From NCBI RefSeq assembly GCF_047634355.1, contig NZ_JBLIAL010000003.1: a stretch of 64,000 bases of DNA; one strand, given 5' to 3'. This document shows, one piece after another, positions 54,718 through 64,000 of the stretch. The DNA is from Porticoccus sp. (GTDB lineage Bacteria > Pseudomonadota > Gammaproteobacteria > Pseudomonadales > Porticoccaceae). Within the stretch, counting starts at the first letter, position 1; each line of letters starts with the position of its first letter. The notes under the pieces are model-generated. The model saw only the letters and a program-made list of their open reading frames with translations, had not been told where the DNA came from and ran no database searches. The translations under genes and the position numbers were made by a program.

Positions 54718-56271
54718 ATGGCACACGGTCCCGCAAAAGGTATTGGCCGCTGGCTATTTACCACGAACCACAAAGACATCGGTACGATGTACCTATGGTT
54801 TAGTTTTGCCATGTTTCTGTTGGGTGGCTTTTTTGCCATGGTGATTCGTGCCGAGCTGTTTCAGCCCGGTATGCAACTCGTCAAACCCGAATTTTTTAAC
54901 CAGATGACGACAATGCATGGGTTGGTGATGGTATTTGGTGCCATCATGCCGGTATTTGTCGGTCTGGCAAACTGGATGATTCCGATGATGATCGGGGCGC
55001 CGGATATGGCATTGCCGAGGATGAACAACCTCAGTTTCTGGATTCTACCCTTTGCCTTTTTGATGCTGACCTCCACCCTGTTCATGGATGGCGGTGGCCC
55101 CAACTTTGGTTGGACGTTCTATGCGCCGCTGTCTACGACCTATGCTCCTGATTCGGTGAATTTCTTCATCTTCGCCATTCATATCATGGGCGCCTCTTCG
55201 ATCATGGGCTCCATTAATATTATTGCTACCGTGCTTAACATGCGCGCACCTGGCATGACATTGATGAAAATGCCGATGTTCGTCTGGACCTGGTTGATTA
55301 CCGCATTCCTGCTGATTGCTGTGATGCCGGTACTGGCGGGTGCTGTGACCATGATGCTGATGGACATCAATTTTGGCACCAGCTTCTTTAATGCAGCGGG
55401 TGGTGGTGATCCGGTATTGTTCCAGCATGTGTTCTGGTTCTTTGGTCACCCCGAGGTATACATCATTATCCTGCCGGCTTTCGGGGTGATTTCACACATC
55501 ATTCCGACCTTCAGCCGCAAGCCGTTGTTTGGCTACAGCTCTATGGTGTACGCAACAGCATCCATCGCCTTCCTGTCATTTATCGTATGGGCACACCATA
55601 TGTTCCTGGTGGGAATGCCAGTGGGTGGGCAGCTGTACTTCATGTATGCCACCATGCTGATTGCCGTGCCTACAGCCGCCAAGGTGTTCAACTGGATCAG
55701 CACCATGTTCAGGGGCTCCCTGTCCTATGAAACACCGATGCTGTTTGCCATCGCTTTTGTGATTCTGTTTACCATCGGTGGCTTTACTGGCCTGATGTTG
55801 GCTATTGCGCCTGCGGATGTGCAGTATCACGACACCTATTTTGTCGTAGCGCATTTCCACTACGTCATGGTTGCCGGCTCGTTGTTTTCTGCCACCGCCG
55901 CTGTCTATTACTGGCTGCCCAAGTGGTGTGGACGGATGTATAACGAAACGATGGGTAAGGTCCAGTTCTGGATCTCCTTTATCGGTTTCAATATCACCTT
56001 CTTTCCCCAGCACTTCCTGGGGCTGGCCGGTATGCCACGTCGTTATGCCGACTACGCGCTGCAGTTCTCTGACTGGAATATGATTTCCAGTATTGGTGCT
56101 TTCATCTACGGTGCCGCACAGTTGTTGTTCCTGTTCAATGTTGTTCGGACCATCAGATCTGGCAAACCCGTGAGCGAACCAAAAACCTGGGAAGGTGCAG
56201 AAGGTCTGGAGTGGACTGTTGCCACGCCGGCTCCGTATCACACTTTCAGTACAGCACCGGTCGTTAAATAA
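54718..56271 (+). CDS. coxA: Cytochrome c oxidase subunit I (type A1)
   Basis: GHPEVY, WAHHM, HFHY. Confidence 0.99.
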   Translation: MAHGPAKGIGRWLFTTNHKDIGTMYLWFSFAMFLLGGFFAMVIRAELFQPGMQLVKPEFFNQMTTMHGLVMVFGAIMPVFVGLANWMIPMMIGAPDMALPRMNNLSFWILPFAFLMLTSTLFMDGGGPNFGWTFYAPLSTTYAPDSVNFFIFAIHIMGASSIMGSINIIATVLNMRAPGMTLMKMPMFVWTWLITAFLLIAVMPVLAGAVTMMLMDINFGTSFFNAAGGGDPVLFQHVFWFFGHPEVYIIILPAFGVISHIIPTFSRKPLFGYSSMVYATASIAFLSFIVWAHHMFLVGMPVGGQLYFMYATMLIAVPTAAKVFNWISTMFRGSLSYETPMLFAIAFVILFTIGGFTGLMLAIAPADVQYHDTYFVVAHFHYVMVAGSLFSATAAVYYWLPKWCGRMYNETMGKVQFWISFIGFNITFFPQHFLGLAGMPRRYADYALQFSDWNMISSIGAFIYGAAQLLFLFNVVRTIRSGKPVSEPKTWEGAEGLEWTVATPAPYHTFSTAPVVK

Positions 56272-56288
56272 CAGGAAAATAAACGGAC

Positions 56289-56843
56289 ATGTGGGCCAAT
56301 CCAACCAGACCATTGATATACAAACTGCTCGGTGGCGCGGTCTGCATGTTTCTGTTTGCCCTGTTTGTCATGCCGCCGCTGTACGACATGTTCTGTGAGG
56401 TCACCGGTATCGGTGGCAAAACATCGGGCCCCTATGTGGCCTCTGAAGCGGGTATTGATACCAGCAGGACGGTCAAGGTGCAGTTCGTTGCTACGAACAA
56501 TGCCGCTATGTCCTGGCAATTTTCGCCCAAGGTCTACGAGGTGGTTGTGCACCCTGGTGAGGCGACCGAGGTGGTGTTTTATGCGAAAAACAGCACGCAT
56601 CGGGATATGGTTGCCCAGGCAATCCCGAATGTTACACCCTTTAATGCAGCGTCCTATTTCCATAAGACGGAGTGTTTCTGCTTTAACCAGCAACCACTGA
56701 AAGCGGGTGAAGAGGCCGATTTACCGTTGGTGTTTATCGTGGATCGTGATCTGCCCAGGGCGGTTAAGACAATAACGCTGTCCTATACCCTTTTTGATAT
56801 AACGGATCGTGTGAACGACGGTTCAGTAGCAAAATTAAACTGA
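56289..56843 (+). CDS. ctaG: Cytochrome c oxidase assembly protein CtaG/Cox11
   Basis: PLYDMFCEVTG, KTECFCF. Confidence 0.95.
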   Translation: MWANPTRPLIYKLLGGAVCMFLFALFVMPPLYDMFCEVTGIGGKTSGPYVASEAGIDTSRTVKVQFVATNNAAMSWQFSPKVYEVVVHPGEATEVVFYAKNSTHRDMVAQAIPNVTPFNAASYFHKTECFCFNQQPLKAGEEADLPLVFIVDRDLPRAVKTITLSYTLFDITDRVNDGSVAKLN

Positions 56844-56889
56844 TGATAAGAACCGACCCACCAGGGTTGGCGTTGATGGAGAAAAAGTA

Positions 56890-57795
56890 ATGTCTACAGA
56901 GAGCAGCTATTACGTTCCTGAACAAAGCAAGTTGCCTGTACTGGCGGCACTGGGGATGGGTCTGATGGCCTATGGTGCCGGGAGTTGGGTGCAGGGTGGT
57001 TCGGCACTGGTGTTACTGGCTGGTGCGATTGTGATGGTGTTTACCCTCTATAACTGGTTCAGTACTGTTATCCACGAAAATATGGCGGGAATGAACAGCG
57101 CCCAGCTCAAGCGTTCCTACGTATGGGGCATGAGCTGGTTTATCTTTTCTGAAGTGATGTTCTTCGCCTGTTTCTTCGGTGCCCTGTTTTACGTACGTGT
57201 GCTGGTGCTGCCCTGGTTGGGTGGCGAGGGTGGTCATGCGGGGAATCAACTACTCTGGGAGGGATTTGAGCCTGCCTGGCCGTTGATGACTACGCCCGAC
57301 ATGGTTGCCAACGGGGAAAATGCAAAATTCATGGGCCCTGACCAACATATGAGCTTTCCCGGTTGGGCCAACCTGCTGGGCTGGCTGCCGCTATGGAATA
57401 CCATTGTTCTGTTGTCTTCGAGTGTAACGGTACACATTGCCCACACTGCACTGAAAAACAGTAATCGCTCGAAATTCAATCTATGGTTGGGAATCACCGT
57501 TCTTCTGGGTGCCATCTTTATCGTGCTGCAGATAGAAGAATATATCCACGCTTATCAACATATGGGGCTGACTCTGGAGTCAGGTATCTATGGCACAACG
57601 TTCTTTATGTTGACGGGATTCCACGGTGCTCACGTGACCATGGGGACTATCATGCTGTTGATTATGTTTTTGCGTGGCCTGAAGGGTCATTTTACCCCCG
57701 ATGATCAATTCGGATTTGAGGCAGCCTCCTGGTACTGGCACTTTGTTGATGTGGTCTGGGTCGGTTTGTTTATTTTTGTCTACGTGCTTGCCTGA
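56890..57795 (+). CDS. coxC: Cytochrome c oxidase subunit III
   Basis: FIFSEVMFF, FFMLTGFHGAHV, WYWHFVDVVW. Confidence 0.97.
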   Translation: MSTESSYYVPEQSKLPVLAALGMGLMAYGAGSWVQGGSALVLLAGAIVMVFTLYNWFSTVIHENMAGMNSAQLKRSYVWGMSWFIFSEVMFFACFFGALFYVRVLVLPWLGGEGGHAGNQLLWEGFEPAWPLMTTPDMVANGENAKFMGPDQHMSFPGWANLLGWLPLWNTIVLLSSSVTVHIAHTALKNSNRSKFNLWLGITVLLGAIFIVLQIEEYIHAYQHMGLTLESGIYGTTFFMLTGFHGAHVTMGTIMLLIMFLRGLKGHFTPDDQFGFEAASWYWHFVDVVWVGLFIFVYVLA

Positions 57796-57818
57796 TTCAG
57801 CATTTTTTGGGATGCAAT

Positions 57819-57852
57819 AAAAAGCGGTCAGGGTTCCCCTGGCCGCTTTTTT
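57819..57852. terminator. Bidirectional terminator between coxC and the small opposite-strand gene
   Basis: AAAAAGCGGTCAGGG-ttc-CCCTGGCCGCTTTTTT. Confidence 0.85.
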
Positions 57853-57873
57853 CTCACTCTGTAGAAGAAAAAC

Positions 57874-58128
57874 CTATTGATGCATTTGCGGAGCGACCCG
57901 CTCGGGGTGTAGTTGGCGATCCCAGGGTGCTTTGCTGGTAAGTTGTCCGGAGTAGATGCCCCAGGCAATTGTCCCCACCAATGCAACAGCCAGTACTACC
58001 CGTACGCCGAGAGCATAAAGGGTTCTTTTACTCGGATTGCCGACGTCTTTCATCAGAAAAACCAGCGCACTGCTCAAGCTGATAAGAACTGCAATGAATA
58101 AAAAGACAATGATGGTTTTGAGTAACAT
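57874..58128 (-). CDS. Twin transmembrane helix small protein (DUF2909/HIG1-like)
   Basis: 84 aa, two TM helices, SL.SALVFL.KD...KRT..AL..RV; typical position in cox clusters. Confidence 0.82.
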   Translation of the reverse strand: MLLKTIIVFLFIAVLISLSSALVFLMKDVGNPSKRTLYALGVRVVLAVALVGTIAWGIYSGQLTSKAPWDRQLHPERVAPQMHQ

Positions 58129-58168
58129 TAAAGTGGCCCCGATATTCAGAGAATTTATTTAAACACAG

Positions 58169-58948
58169 ATGCCAGTTGAACCGCAGCAGCAAGCTAAAAT
58201 TTCCTTCCAGTGGCAGTGGAACTGGAAAATATTGCTATTCGCTGGCATTTTTTTTCCAATCACAATTAGTCTTGCCTTCTGGCAATTGGAGCGTGCCGAT
58301 GAAAAGCACGCGCTACTGGAAACCTATCGACAGAAAAAGATTGCTGCACCTGTTTCCATAGCTGAGGCAATGAGGTTTTCTGATCAGCAGTATGTTCGTG
58401 TTCAACTTGAAGGTGAATATGATAACCGGTCTCCTCTGTTGATAGACAATCAGGTTCGCAACGGACGTCCGGGCTATGAAGTTGTCAGTCCGTTTGAATC
58501 CTCTCAGAACGGCTGGTTTTTGGTGAACCGGGGTTGGTTACCGGGGGGGCTTGATCGCAGTGTTTTGCCCGATGTGGGTTCGGTGCCTGGCAATGTCACC
58601 CTGGTAGGTTACCTGTATCGCTCCCCCGGCAAACAACTGATGTTGGGCGAAGATAAGTGGAGAGAGGGCGACGGACCGAAAATCATTCAGAACGCGGCAC
58701 CGAAAAAAGTCTCGGAAAAATTGGCTATCCCTTTTTATGATTATACGCTGCGGCTCGATGCAGGCATGCCGGGAGCGCTTGAAACCGGGTGGCAGGTAGT
58801 GAACGTGGTGCCGGGAATGCATACGGGATATGCAGTTCAGTGGTCGGCATTATCCATAGCGCTGCTCCTTCTGACTTTATTCGCCAACTCAAACCTTGGT
58901 GCTGTTCTAAAGCATCGCAAGTCGTATACACGTAAAAAAACGGAGTAA
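58169..58948 (+). CDS. SURF1-family cytochrome oxidase assembly protein
   Basis: LAFWQLERA.EK, LVNRGW, HTGYAVQW. Confidence 0.92.
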   Translation: MPVEPQQQAKISFQWQWNWKILLFAGIFFPITISLAFWQLERADEKHALLETYRQKKIAAPVSIAEAMRFSDQQYVRVQLEGEYDNRSPLLIDNQVRNGRPGYEVVSPFESSQNGWFLVNRGWLPGGLDRSVLPDVGSVPGNVTLVGYLYRSPGKQLMLGEDKWREGDGPKIIQNAAPKKVSEKLAIPFYDYTLRLDAGMPGALETGWQVVNVVPGMHTGYAVQWSALSIALLLLTLFANSNLGAVLKHRKSYTRKKTE

Positions 58949-58953
58949 GGGTA

Positions 58954-59577
58954 ATGACCGAGAATCGGGCCCAGCCAGGTTACTGGCCAATATTGATCAT
59001 GATCGGAGTTTTGTCCGGAGTTATTGTGGCCGGTTTTCTGCTGTTTCCGAAAACGTCTGATGAGCGAAATAGTTTATTGGCTCGCCTGGGGACAACCAAT
59101 TTTGGCGAGTTTGTAGTCCCGGCCGTATCCATGACGGATCTGAACCTGAAGACGGGGAATGGCAAGCCCTGGGTATTTTCCGAGCAAAAAATAAAATGGC
59201 GTCTGATTATTCCTGGTGCCGGCAAATGTATTGATGAATGTCGTGAGCTACTTCATACCACCAGGCAGGTTCATATCAGTCTGGGAAAATACAGTCGCCG
59301 TTTCGAGCGGGTCTACATCGCGTTGGATGAGGAAATTGATTCGGAAACAGAGCGTTATATGGAGGAACACCCCTATCTGACTGTTGTTCATGGCAAGCAG
59401 GAGGAGCTGGAATTATTATTGAAAGCCACCAATGCACCACTGTTCATAGAGGGCGCACCTCTAAGGGCCTACCTGGTGGACCAGGAAGGCTTGATCATGA
59501 TGTCGTACACCTTGGCCAATGCTGGCAAGGAGTTGATCGAGGACATAGAGCACCTGATGAAATACTCGCCCGGCTGA
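58954..59577 (+). CDS. Membrane-anchored thioredoxin/SCO-like protein of the cox cluster
   Basis: N-terminal TM helix; GTTNFGEFV; CIDEC (CxxxC); RQVHISLGK; YLVDQEG. Confidence 0.75.
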   Translation: MTENRAQPGYWPILIMIGVLSGVIVAGFLLFPKTSDERNSLLARLGTTNFGEFVVPAVSMTDLNLKTGNGKPWVFSEQKIKWRLIIPGAGKCIDECRELLHTTRQVHISLGKYSRRFERVYIALDEEIDSETERYMEEHPYLTVVHGKQEELELLLKATNAPLFIEGAPLRAYLVDQEGLIMMSYTLANAGKELIEDIEHLMKYSPG

Positions 59578-59666
59578 AAGCATTTGCCAGATCAAAGGAC
59601 GCTGCCAGCTCGCCACTTAAGTCATGGTGTTTTGGTGAAGTAAATAAACCACGTCGTGTACGGTAA

Positions 59667-60701
59667 TTGATGTCCGAAAATCCCCCCAAACAACGCCAGG
59701 CCGGGTTCAGATTGGCTGTAACCGCCACTGTCCTGTCGTTGGTCGTTTTGCTACTCGGTGTTTTTACCCGCCTGACAGATGCCGGGTTGAGTTGCCCCGA
59801 CTGGCCAGGCTGCTATGGCCATTTTTCATGGCCGAGCAATGCCGATGCTATTACACGAGCCGAACGGCTGTATCCCGACAACCTGGTCGAATACCAGAAA
59901 AGCATGGTTGATATGGTTCACCGGTATGCAGCGGCTGTGCTGGGTTTGTTGGCGATTACACTGGCTGTTATCTCCTGGTTGCGCAGGGAAGATGAAGGCT
60001 ACCCTTTTCGGCTGCCAACATTTATTTTGTTCCTGGTAGTCTGGCAGAGCCTGTTTGGCATGTGGTCTGTCACATTAAAATTGTGGCCACAGATTGTGAC
60101 GCTTCATCTGCTCACTGGCATGGTGACTTGTTCGCTGTTATGGTTACTCACCCTCCGCCTGAGTGGTCGCGAGTGGCGACTTTCTCCGGAAGTAATGGAT
60201 CGGTTGGGCAGCATTAAATCCTGGTTGCTGACGGTGGTAATCGTCACCCTGTTACAGATATTTCTGGGGGGGTGGACGAGCGCCAACTACGCTGCTTTTG
60301 CATGTGTCGAGTTTCCCACTTGTCAGGGTGAATGGTGGCCTGACATGGATTTAAAAAACGGTTTTAACCTAATGCAAACGATCGGACCCAATTACTTGGG
60401 CGGCAAGCTGGAAAGTGAAGCGCGAGTAGCCATTCATGTCGTGCATCGCCTGGGTGGTTTGATTCTTGGGTTGTTGATGATTGGTTTTGCGGTGAGATTG
60501 TTCACAATTAAAAGTACCCGGTTTCGCTGCATGGGGCTGATAACACTGGCAGTTTTGACCGTGCAGATTGCCCTCGGAGTCAGTAATATTTTTCTGATGT
60601 CACCACTGCTTATGGCATTGATGCATCATTTGGCAAGTGTCCTGTTACTGCTGGTATTGGTCACGATCGCTGCCAGAACCTGGACAGCCAGGCTGGAATG
60701 A
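59667..60701 (+). CDS. ctaA: Heme A synthase (COX15/CtaA)
   Basis: GLSCPDWPGC, VHRY, TLHLLTG, CVEFPTCQG, HVVHRLGG. Confidence 0.92.
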   Translation: MMSENPPKQRQAGFRLAVTATVLSLVVLLLGVFTRLTDAGLSCPDWPGCYGHFSWPSNADAITRAERLYPDNLVEYQKSMVDMVHRYAAAVLGLLAITLAVISWLRREDEGYPFRLPTFILFLVVWQSLFGMWSVTLKLWPQIVTLHLLTGMVTCSLLWLLTLRLSGREWRLSPEVMDRLGSIKSWLLTVVIVTLLQIFLGGWTSANYAAFACVEFPTCQGEWWPDMDLKNGFNLMQTIGPNYLGGKLESEARVAIHVVHRLGGLILGLLMIGFAVRLFTIKSTRFRCMGLITLAVLTVQIALGVSNIFLMSPLLMALMHHLASVLLLLVLVTIAARTWTARLE

Positions 60702-60719
60702 CAGGCACAGGAGTTTTAA

Positions 60720-61631
60720 ATGATAAATGAATCAGGGGTCGAGATGGAAAAAGCGGTCTGGCGCGACTATCTGGAGCTCACGAAACCCAACGTAGTGGCG
60801 TTGATGATCCTCACCACAGTGATTGGTATGTTCCTCTCGGTGCCGGGTATGGTGCCAGTCAATGTGCTGATTTTAGGTAATCTCGGAATTGCTCTCTGCG
60901 CCGGGGCTGCCGCCGTGGTTAACCATGTTGTGGATCGCCAAATCGATACCAAAATGGCCAGGACGGTCAATCGTCCGGTGGCAAAAGGTCGTGTCGAACC
61001 GGTCCAGGCGATGGTATTTGCCACTGTGCTAGGCCTGCTGGGCATGGCTATCCTGCTGGTCTACATCAACCCGCTCACTGCCTGGCTGACCCTGGCATCG
61101 CTGGTGGGCTATGCCGGTGTCTACACTCTGTTCCTGAAACGCGCCACACCCCAGAATATTGTAATAGGTGGTTTGGCGGGTGCTGCTCCCCCGCTGCTGG
61201 GCTGGACGGCGGTGACCGGCGAAATCCACGGGCATGCACTGCTGCTGGTGCTGATTATTTTTGCCTGGACACCACCGCATTTCTGGGCGCTGGCAATACA
61301 CCGCAAGGACGAATACGCCAAGGCGGATATTCCAATGCTGCCGGTTACCCATGGTGAAAAATACACCAAGTTACATATTCTCCTGTACACCCTGATGTTG
61401 CTGGTAATTAGCGTACTTCCCTTTGTGACCGGTATGAGTGGTTGGCTTTACCTGCTGGGGGCATTGGCACTCGGGGTCGGGTTCATTTATTGGGCCATTG
61501 TCATGATGGTCGGCAAAAAAGCCAATGCGGGAATGGATACTTTTAAGTACTCGATCATCTACCTGATGGCGCTGTTTGTGATTATGCTACTCGATCACTA
61601 CCTGATTACGGTCCCCGCATTCTTTCCCTAG
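60720..61631 (+). CDS. cyoE: Protoheme IX farnesyltransferase (heme O synthase)
   Basis: [42 protein letters not shown]. Confidence 0.97.
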   Translation: MINESGVEMEKAVWRDYLELTKPNVVALMILTTVIGMFLSVPGMVPVNVLILGNLGIALCAGAAAVVNHVVDRQIDTKMARTVNRPVAKGRVEPVQAMVFATVLGLLGMAILLVYINPLTAWLTLASLVGYAGVYTLFLKRATPQNIVIGGLAGAAPPLLGWTAVTGEIHGHALLLVLIIFAWTPPHFWALAIHRKDEYAKADIPMLPVTHGEKYTKLHILLYTLMLLVISVLPFVTGMSGWLYLLGALALGVGFIYWAIVMMVGKKANAGMDTFKYSIIYLMALFVIMLLDHYLITVPAFFP

Positions 61632-61677
61632 CAAGGGGTTTTGAATAGCTATATCCAAAATAAGAGAGATATCCAAC

Positions 61678-62334
61678 GTGTTAACCAGGCAAAAAGATAG
61701 GGGCAGCGTGAAGCTGACAGTCGCGGTATTGGTTGTTTTTATTGTGCTGGTGATTGCTGGTTTTGCCTTCAAACTGAATCAGCCTCGCGTCCTTAGCCAA
61801 CAGGAACTACAGGCCAATGGCGCTGTTCTGCTGGATACACCCCGTCAGTTCAGTGAATTTCAGTTAACCGACCATCGGGGCGAAGTGTTCGACAAAAACA
61901 GTCTGAAAGGTAAGTGGTCACTGCTGTTTTTCGGATTCACCCACTGTCCCGATATCTGCCCCACGGCTATGGCTTCGGCTGCCAGAATGTACCTTGGTCT
62001 CGAACCCGAAGAGCAGGAAAAACTCCAGGTCGTCCTGATTTCACTGGATCCGGAAAGGGATACCACGGATAAACTTGCTGAGTATGTGCCTTATTTCAAC
62101 CCGGAATTTGTTGGTGCCACCGGCGACAAATATGTGTTGCTCAAGCTGGCCACTGAGCTGAATGTCGCCTTTACGAAAGTCGAGCTGGAAGGTGGTGATT
62201 ACACCATAGACCACAGTGGTAACATGGTGCTTGTTAACCCCTACGGAGACTACCACGGTTTCCTCAAGCCACCCTTTGAAGAAGAACAGATGCGCCTGAC
62301 TTTGCGCTCGATTATTGCTTCATTTCGACATTAA
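61678..62334 (+). CDS. SCO/SenC copper chaperone
   Basis: FGFTHCPDICP (CxxxC), DPERD, YTIDHS. Confidence 0.94.
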   Translation: MLTRQKDRGSVKLTVAVLVVFIVLVIAGFAFKLNQPRVLSQQELQANGAVLLDTPRQFSEFQLTDHRGEVFDKNSLKGKWSLLFFGFTHCPDICPTAMASAARMYLGLEPEEQEKLQVVLISLDPERDTTDKLAEYVPYFNPEFVGATGDKYVLLKLATELNVAFTKVELEGGDYTIDHSGNMVLVNPYGDYHGFLKPPFEEEQMRLTLRSIIASFRH

Positions 62335-62357
62335 TCTTGATAGTGTGCTCACTGGGC

Positions 62358-63137
62358 TCACTGCTTTTTAAGCAATGAGAGTAAAAACAGCCCACCGGCA
62401 CAAAGTACGATCGATGGCCCGGCTGGCGTGTCCAGAAACCAGGAGCTTGATAGCCCGCAGATGACGGCCATACAGCCCATGAGGCTGGCCAGTAAGGCCA
62501 TCTGCTCCGGGGTTCGCGCAAAGCGTCTCGCCGTGGCGGCGGGTATAACCAGTAGCGATGTGATCAACAGAATTCCCACGACTTTCATCGCAATGGCAAT
62601 TTCCAGGGCAATCATTAACATAAAGGCCGACCGAACAGCCGTTACCGGTATACCTTCCACCCTGGCCAGTTCTTCATGGATTGTGATAGACAGGAGCGGT
62701 CTCCAGAGGAATATCATCAATAAAATCGACGCGGAACCAATACCGTAGATAATCAAAATATCTTGCGCTGTAACGGTTAATAAATCGCCAAACAAAAGGC
62801 CTAGCAAATCCACTTTGACAGAGGGCATCAGTGAGATTGCCACCAGACCAATGGCCAGCGAGGTATGTGAAAGAATCCCCAGCAGAGTATCTGAGGCCAG
62901 ATTTTGCTGTTGTTGCAATACCACCAGAATTAGCGCCAGTACCAGACAGACAATGATGACCGACAGGGTTGGGTTAATGGACATCAACAGAGCCAGCGCC
63001 ACCCCCAGCAGGGAAGAGTGAGCGAGGGTATCGCCAAAATAGGCCATGCGTCGCCAGACAATAAAGGCACCCAGTGGACCGGTGACCATGGCAACTCCCA
63101 GCCCTGCCAGCAGGGCGTAAAGTAAAATCTCAATCAT
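62358..63137 (-). CDS. znuB: Zinc ABC transporter permease
   Basis: [40 protein letters not shown]; start [12 protein letters not shown]. Confidence 0.95.
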   Translation of the reverse strand: MIEILLYALLAGLGVAMVTGPLGAFIVWRRMAYFGDTLAHSSLLGVALALLMSINPTLSVIIVCLVLALILVVLQQQQNLASDTLLGILSHTSLAIGLVAISLMPSVKVDLLGLLFGDLLTVTAQDILIIYGIGSASILLMIFLWRPLLSITIHEELARVEGIPVTAVRSAFMLMIALEIAIAMKVVGILLITSLLVIPAATARRFARTPEQMALLASLMGCMAVICGLSSSWFLDTPAGPSIVLCAGGLFLLSLLKKQ

Positions 63138-63879
63138 GGTGACCGTCTCCAGAATGGACATTGCCACTATTATCGTCCGAGTCATGGCTGTGATCGTGGT
63201 GGTGTGTGTAGGGCGCGGTCCTGCTGCCGAAAAGCTCAATAAAGGCCGGGTTTGTACTGACCTGGTCGGGGTGGCCATGACAGCAGACATGCTGGTTTAG
63301 ACAGATAACTTCGTCCGTGGCAGACATCACCAGATGCAGATCGTGGGAGACCATCAGTACGCCGCAATCCAGCCGATCCCGTAGTTGCCCGATCAGGCGA
63401 TAAAGACCCTCCTGGCCGATCACGTCCACCCCTTGAACCGGTTCATCGAGTACCAGTAAGTTGGGTTTGCGCAGGATAGCCCGGGCCAGCAGAGCCCGCT
63501 GCATTTCGCCGCCGGAAAGAGATTGCAAGGGCATCTCAATCAATTTCTCAATGCCGACCTCGGCCAATGCATTGAGGCAGAGCTGCAAGTTGGGTTCTGC
63601 CAGTGACAGAAAACGCCGTAGCGTAATGGGCAGTGTCGGGTCGATATGTAGTTTTTGTGGCATGTACCCGACACGCAGGTCAGGGGCCCGGGTCACTGTA
63701 CCGATATCCGGTTTGAGTAAACTGAGGACAATTTTCACCAGAGTGGTTTTGCCGGCCCCATTCGGTCCAATCAGCGTAATAATCTGCCCCGTCTCGATGG
63801 TCAGGCTGACGTCTGATAAAACGCGGTTTCCCCGAAAGGCATGTCCGATGGCATTGAGTTCGATCAGCCGCGACTTCAC
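63130..63879 (-). CDS. znuC: Zinc ABC transporter ATPase
   Basis: [23 protein letters not shown], His-rich tail; GTG start overlapping the zur stop. Confidence 0.95.
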   Translation of the reverse strand: MKSRLIELNAIGHAFRGNRVLSDVSLTIETGQIITLIGPNGAGKTTLVKIVLSLLKPDIGTVTRAPDLRVGYMPQKLHIDPTLPITLRRFLSLAEPNLQLCLNALAEVGIEKLIEMPLQSLSGGEMQRALLARAILRKPNLLVLDEPVQGVDVIGQEGLYRLIGQLRDRLDCGVLMVSHDLHLVMSATDEVICLNQHVCCHGHPDQVSTNPAFIELFGSRTAPYTHHHDHSHDSDDNSGNVHSGDGHHD

Positions 63880-64000
63880 CCCCGGCACTCCGGGCAGATA
63901 CCGACAATTTCAATCACCTTTGATCCCACCTGAAAGTTTGCCCGCCCGGCAGCATTTATGACGGCATGATCCACCTGGTCGTCGCTGCATTCTGCCGTTG
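63876..64000 (-). CDS. zur: Zinc uptake regulator, C-terminal part (runs off the window)
   Basis: Hand translation ...[39 protein letters not shown]; Fur-family CxxC; directly upstream of znuC. Confidence 0.85.
   Translation of the reverse strand, partial: TAECSDDQVDHAVINAAGRANFQVGSKVIEIVGICPECRG

Noticed and set aside
55576-56313. 245-aa antisense ORF over coxA
   Set aside because: A stop-free antisense frame is expected from the codon usage of a hydrophobic, highly conserved gene; no independent coding evidence.

Overview
This is the replication-origin region of a gammaproteobacterium with Pseudomonadales/Cellvibrionales-like gene content (taxon is inference). It is almost all core genes: yciA, grxA, glyQS-gmhB-plsC, gyrB-recF-dnaN-dnaA, mnmE-yidC-yidD-rnpA-rpmH, mnmG-rsmG-parAB, atpIBEFHAGDC, glmUS, an RpiR/HexR regulator, uvrD, a lone TRAP SBP, a rimK/protease/M14 peptidase cluster, trkAH, rsmB-fmt-def, LysM-dprA, purE-tsaC-hemF-aroE, a MATE transporter, an aa3 cytochrome c oxidase cluster and znuBC-zur. 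I found no CRISPR array, rRNA, tRNA, integrase or transposase. Best leads: (1) the rpmH-rnpA-yidD-yidC-mnmE block is inverted relative to the canonical dnaA/rpmH divergent layout and lies between two DnaA-box/IHF clusters that share 11-bp inverted repeats; (2) a 57-aa Arg-rich protein carries a YxGxDRR motif like the c-di-GMP-binding tail of Cle proteins; (3) an orphan promoter-palindrome-terminator unit (candidate sRNA) sits in the 470-bp glmS-hexR gap; (4) a hidden, frameshifted ceramidase-family pseudogene lies upstream of grxA. None is proven from sequence alone.
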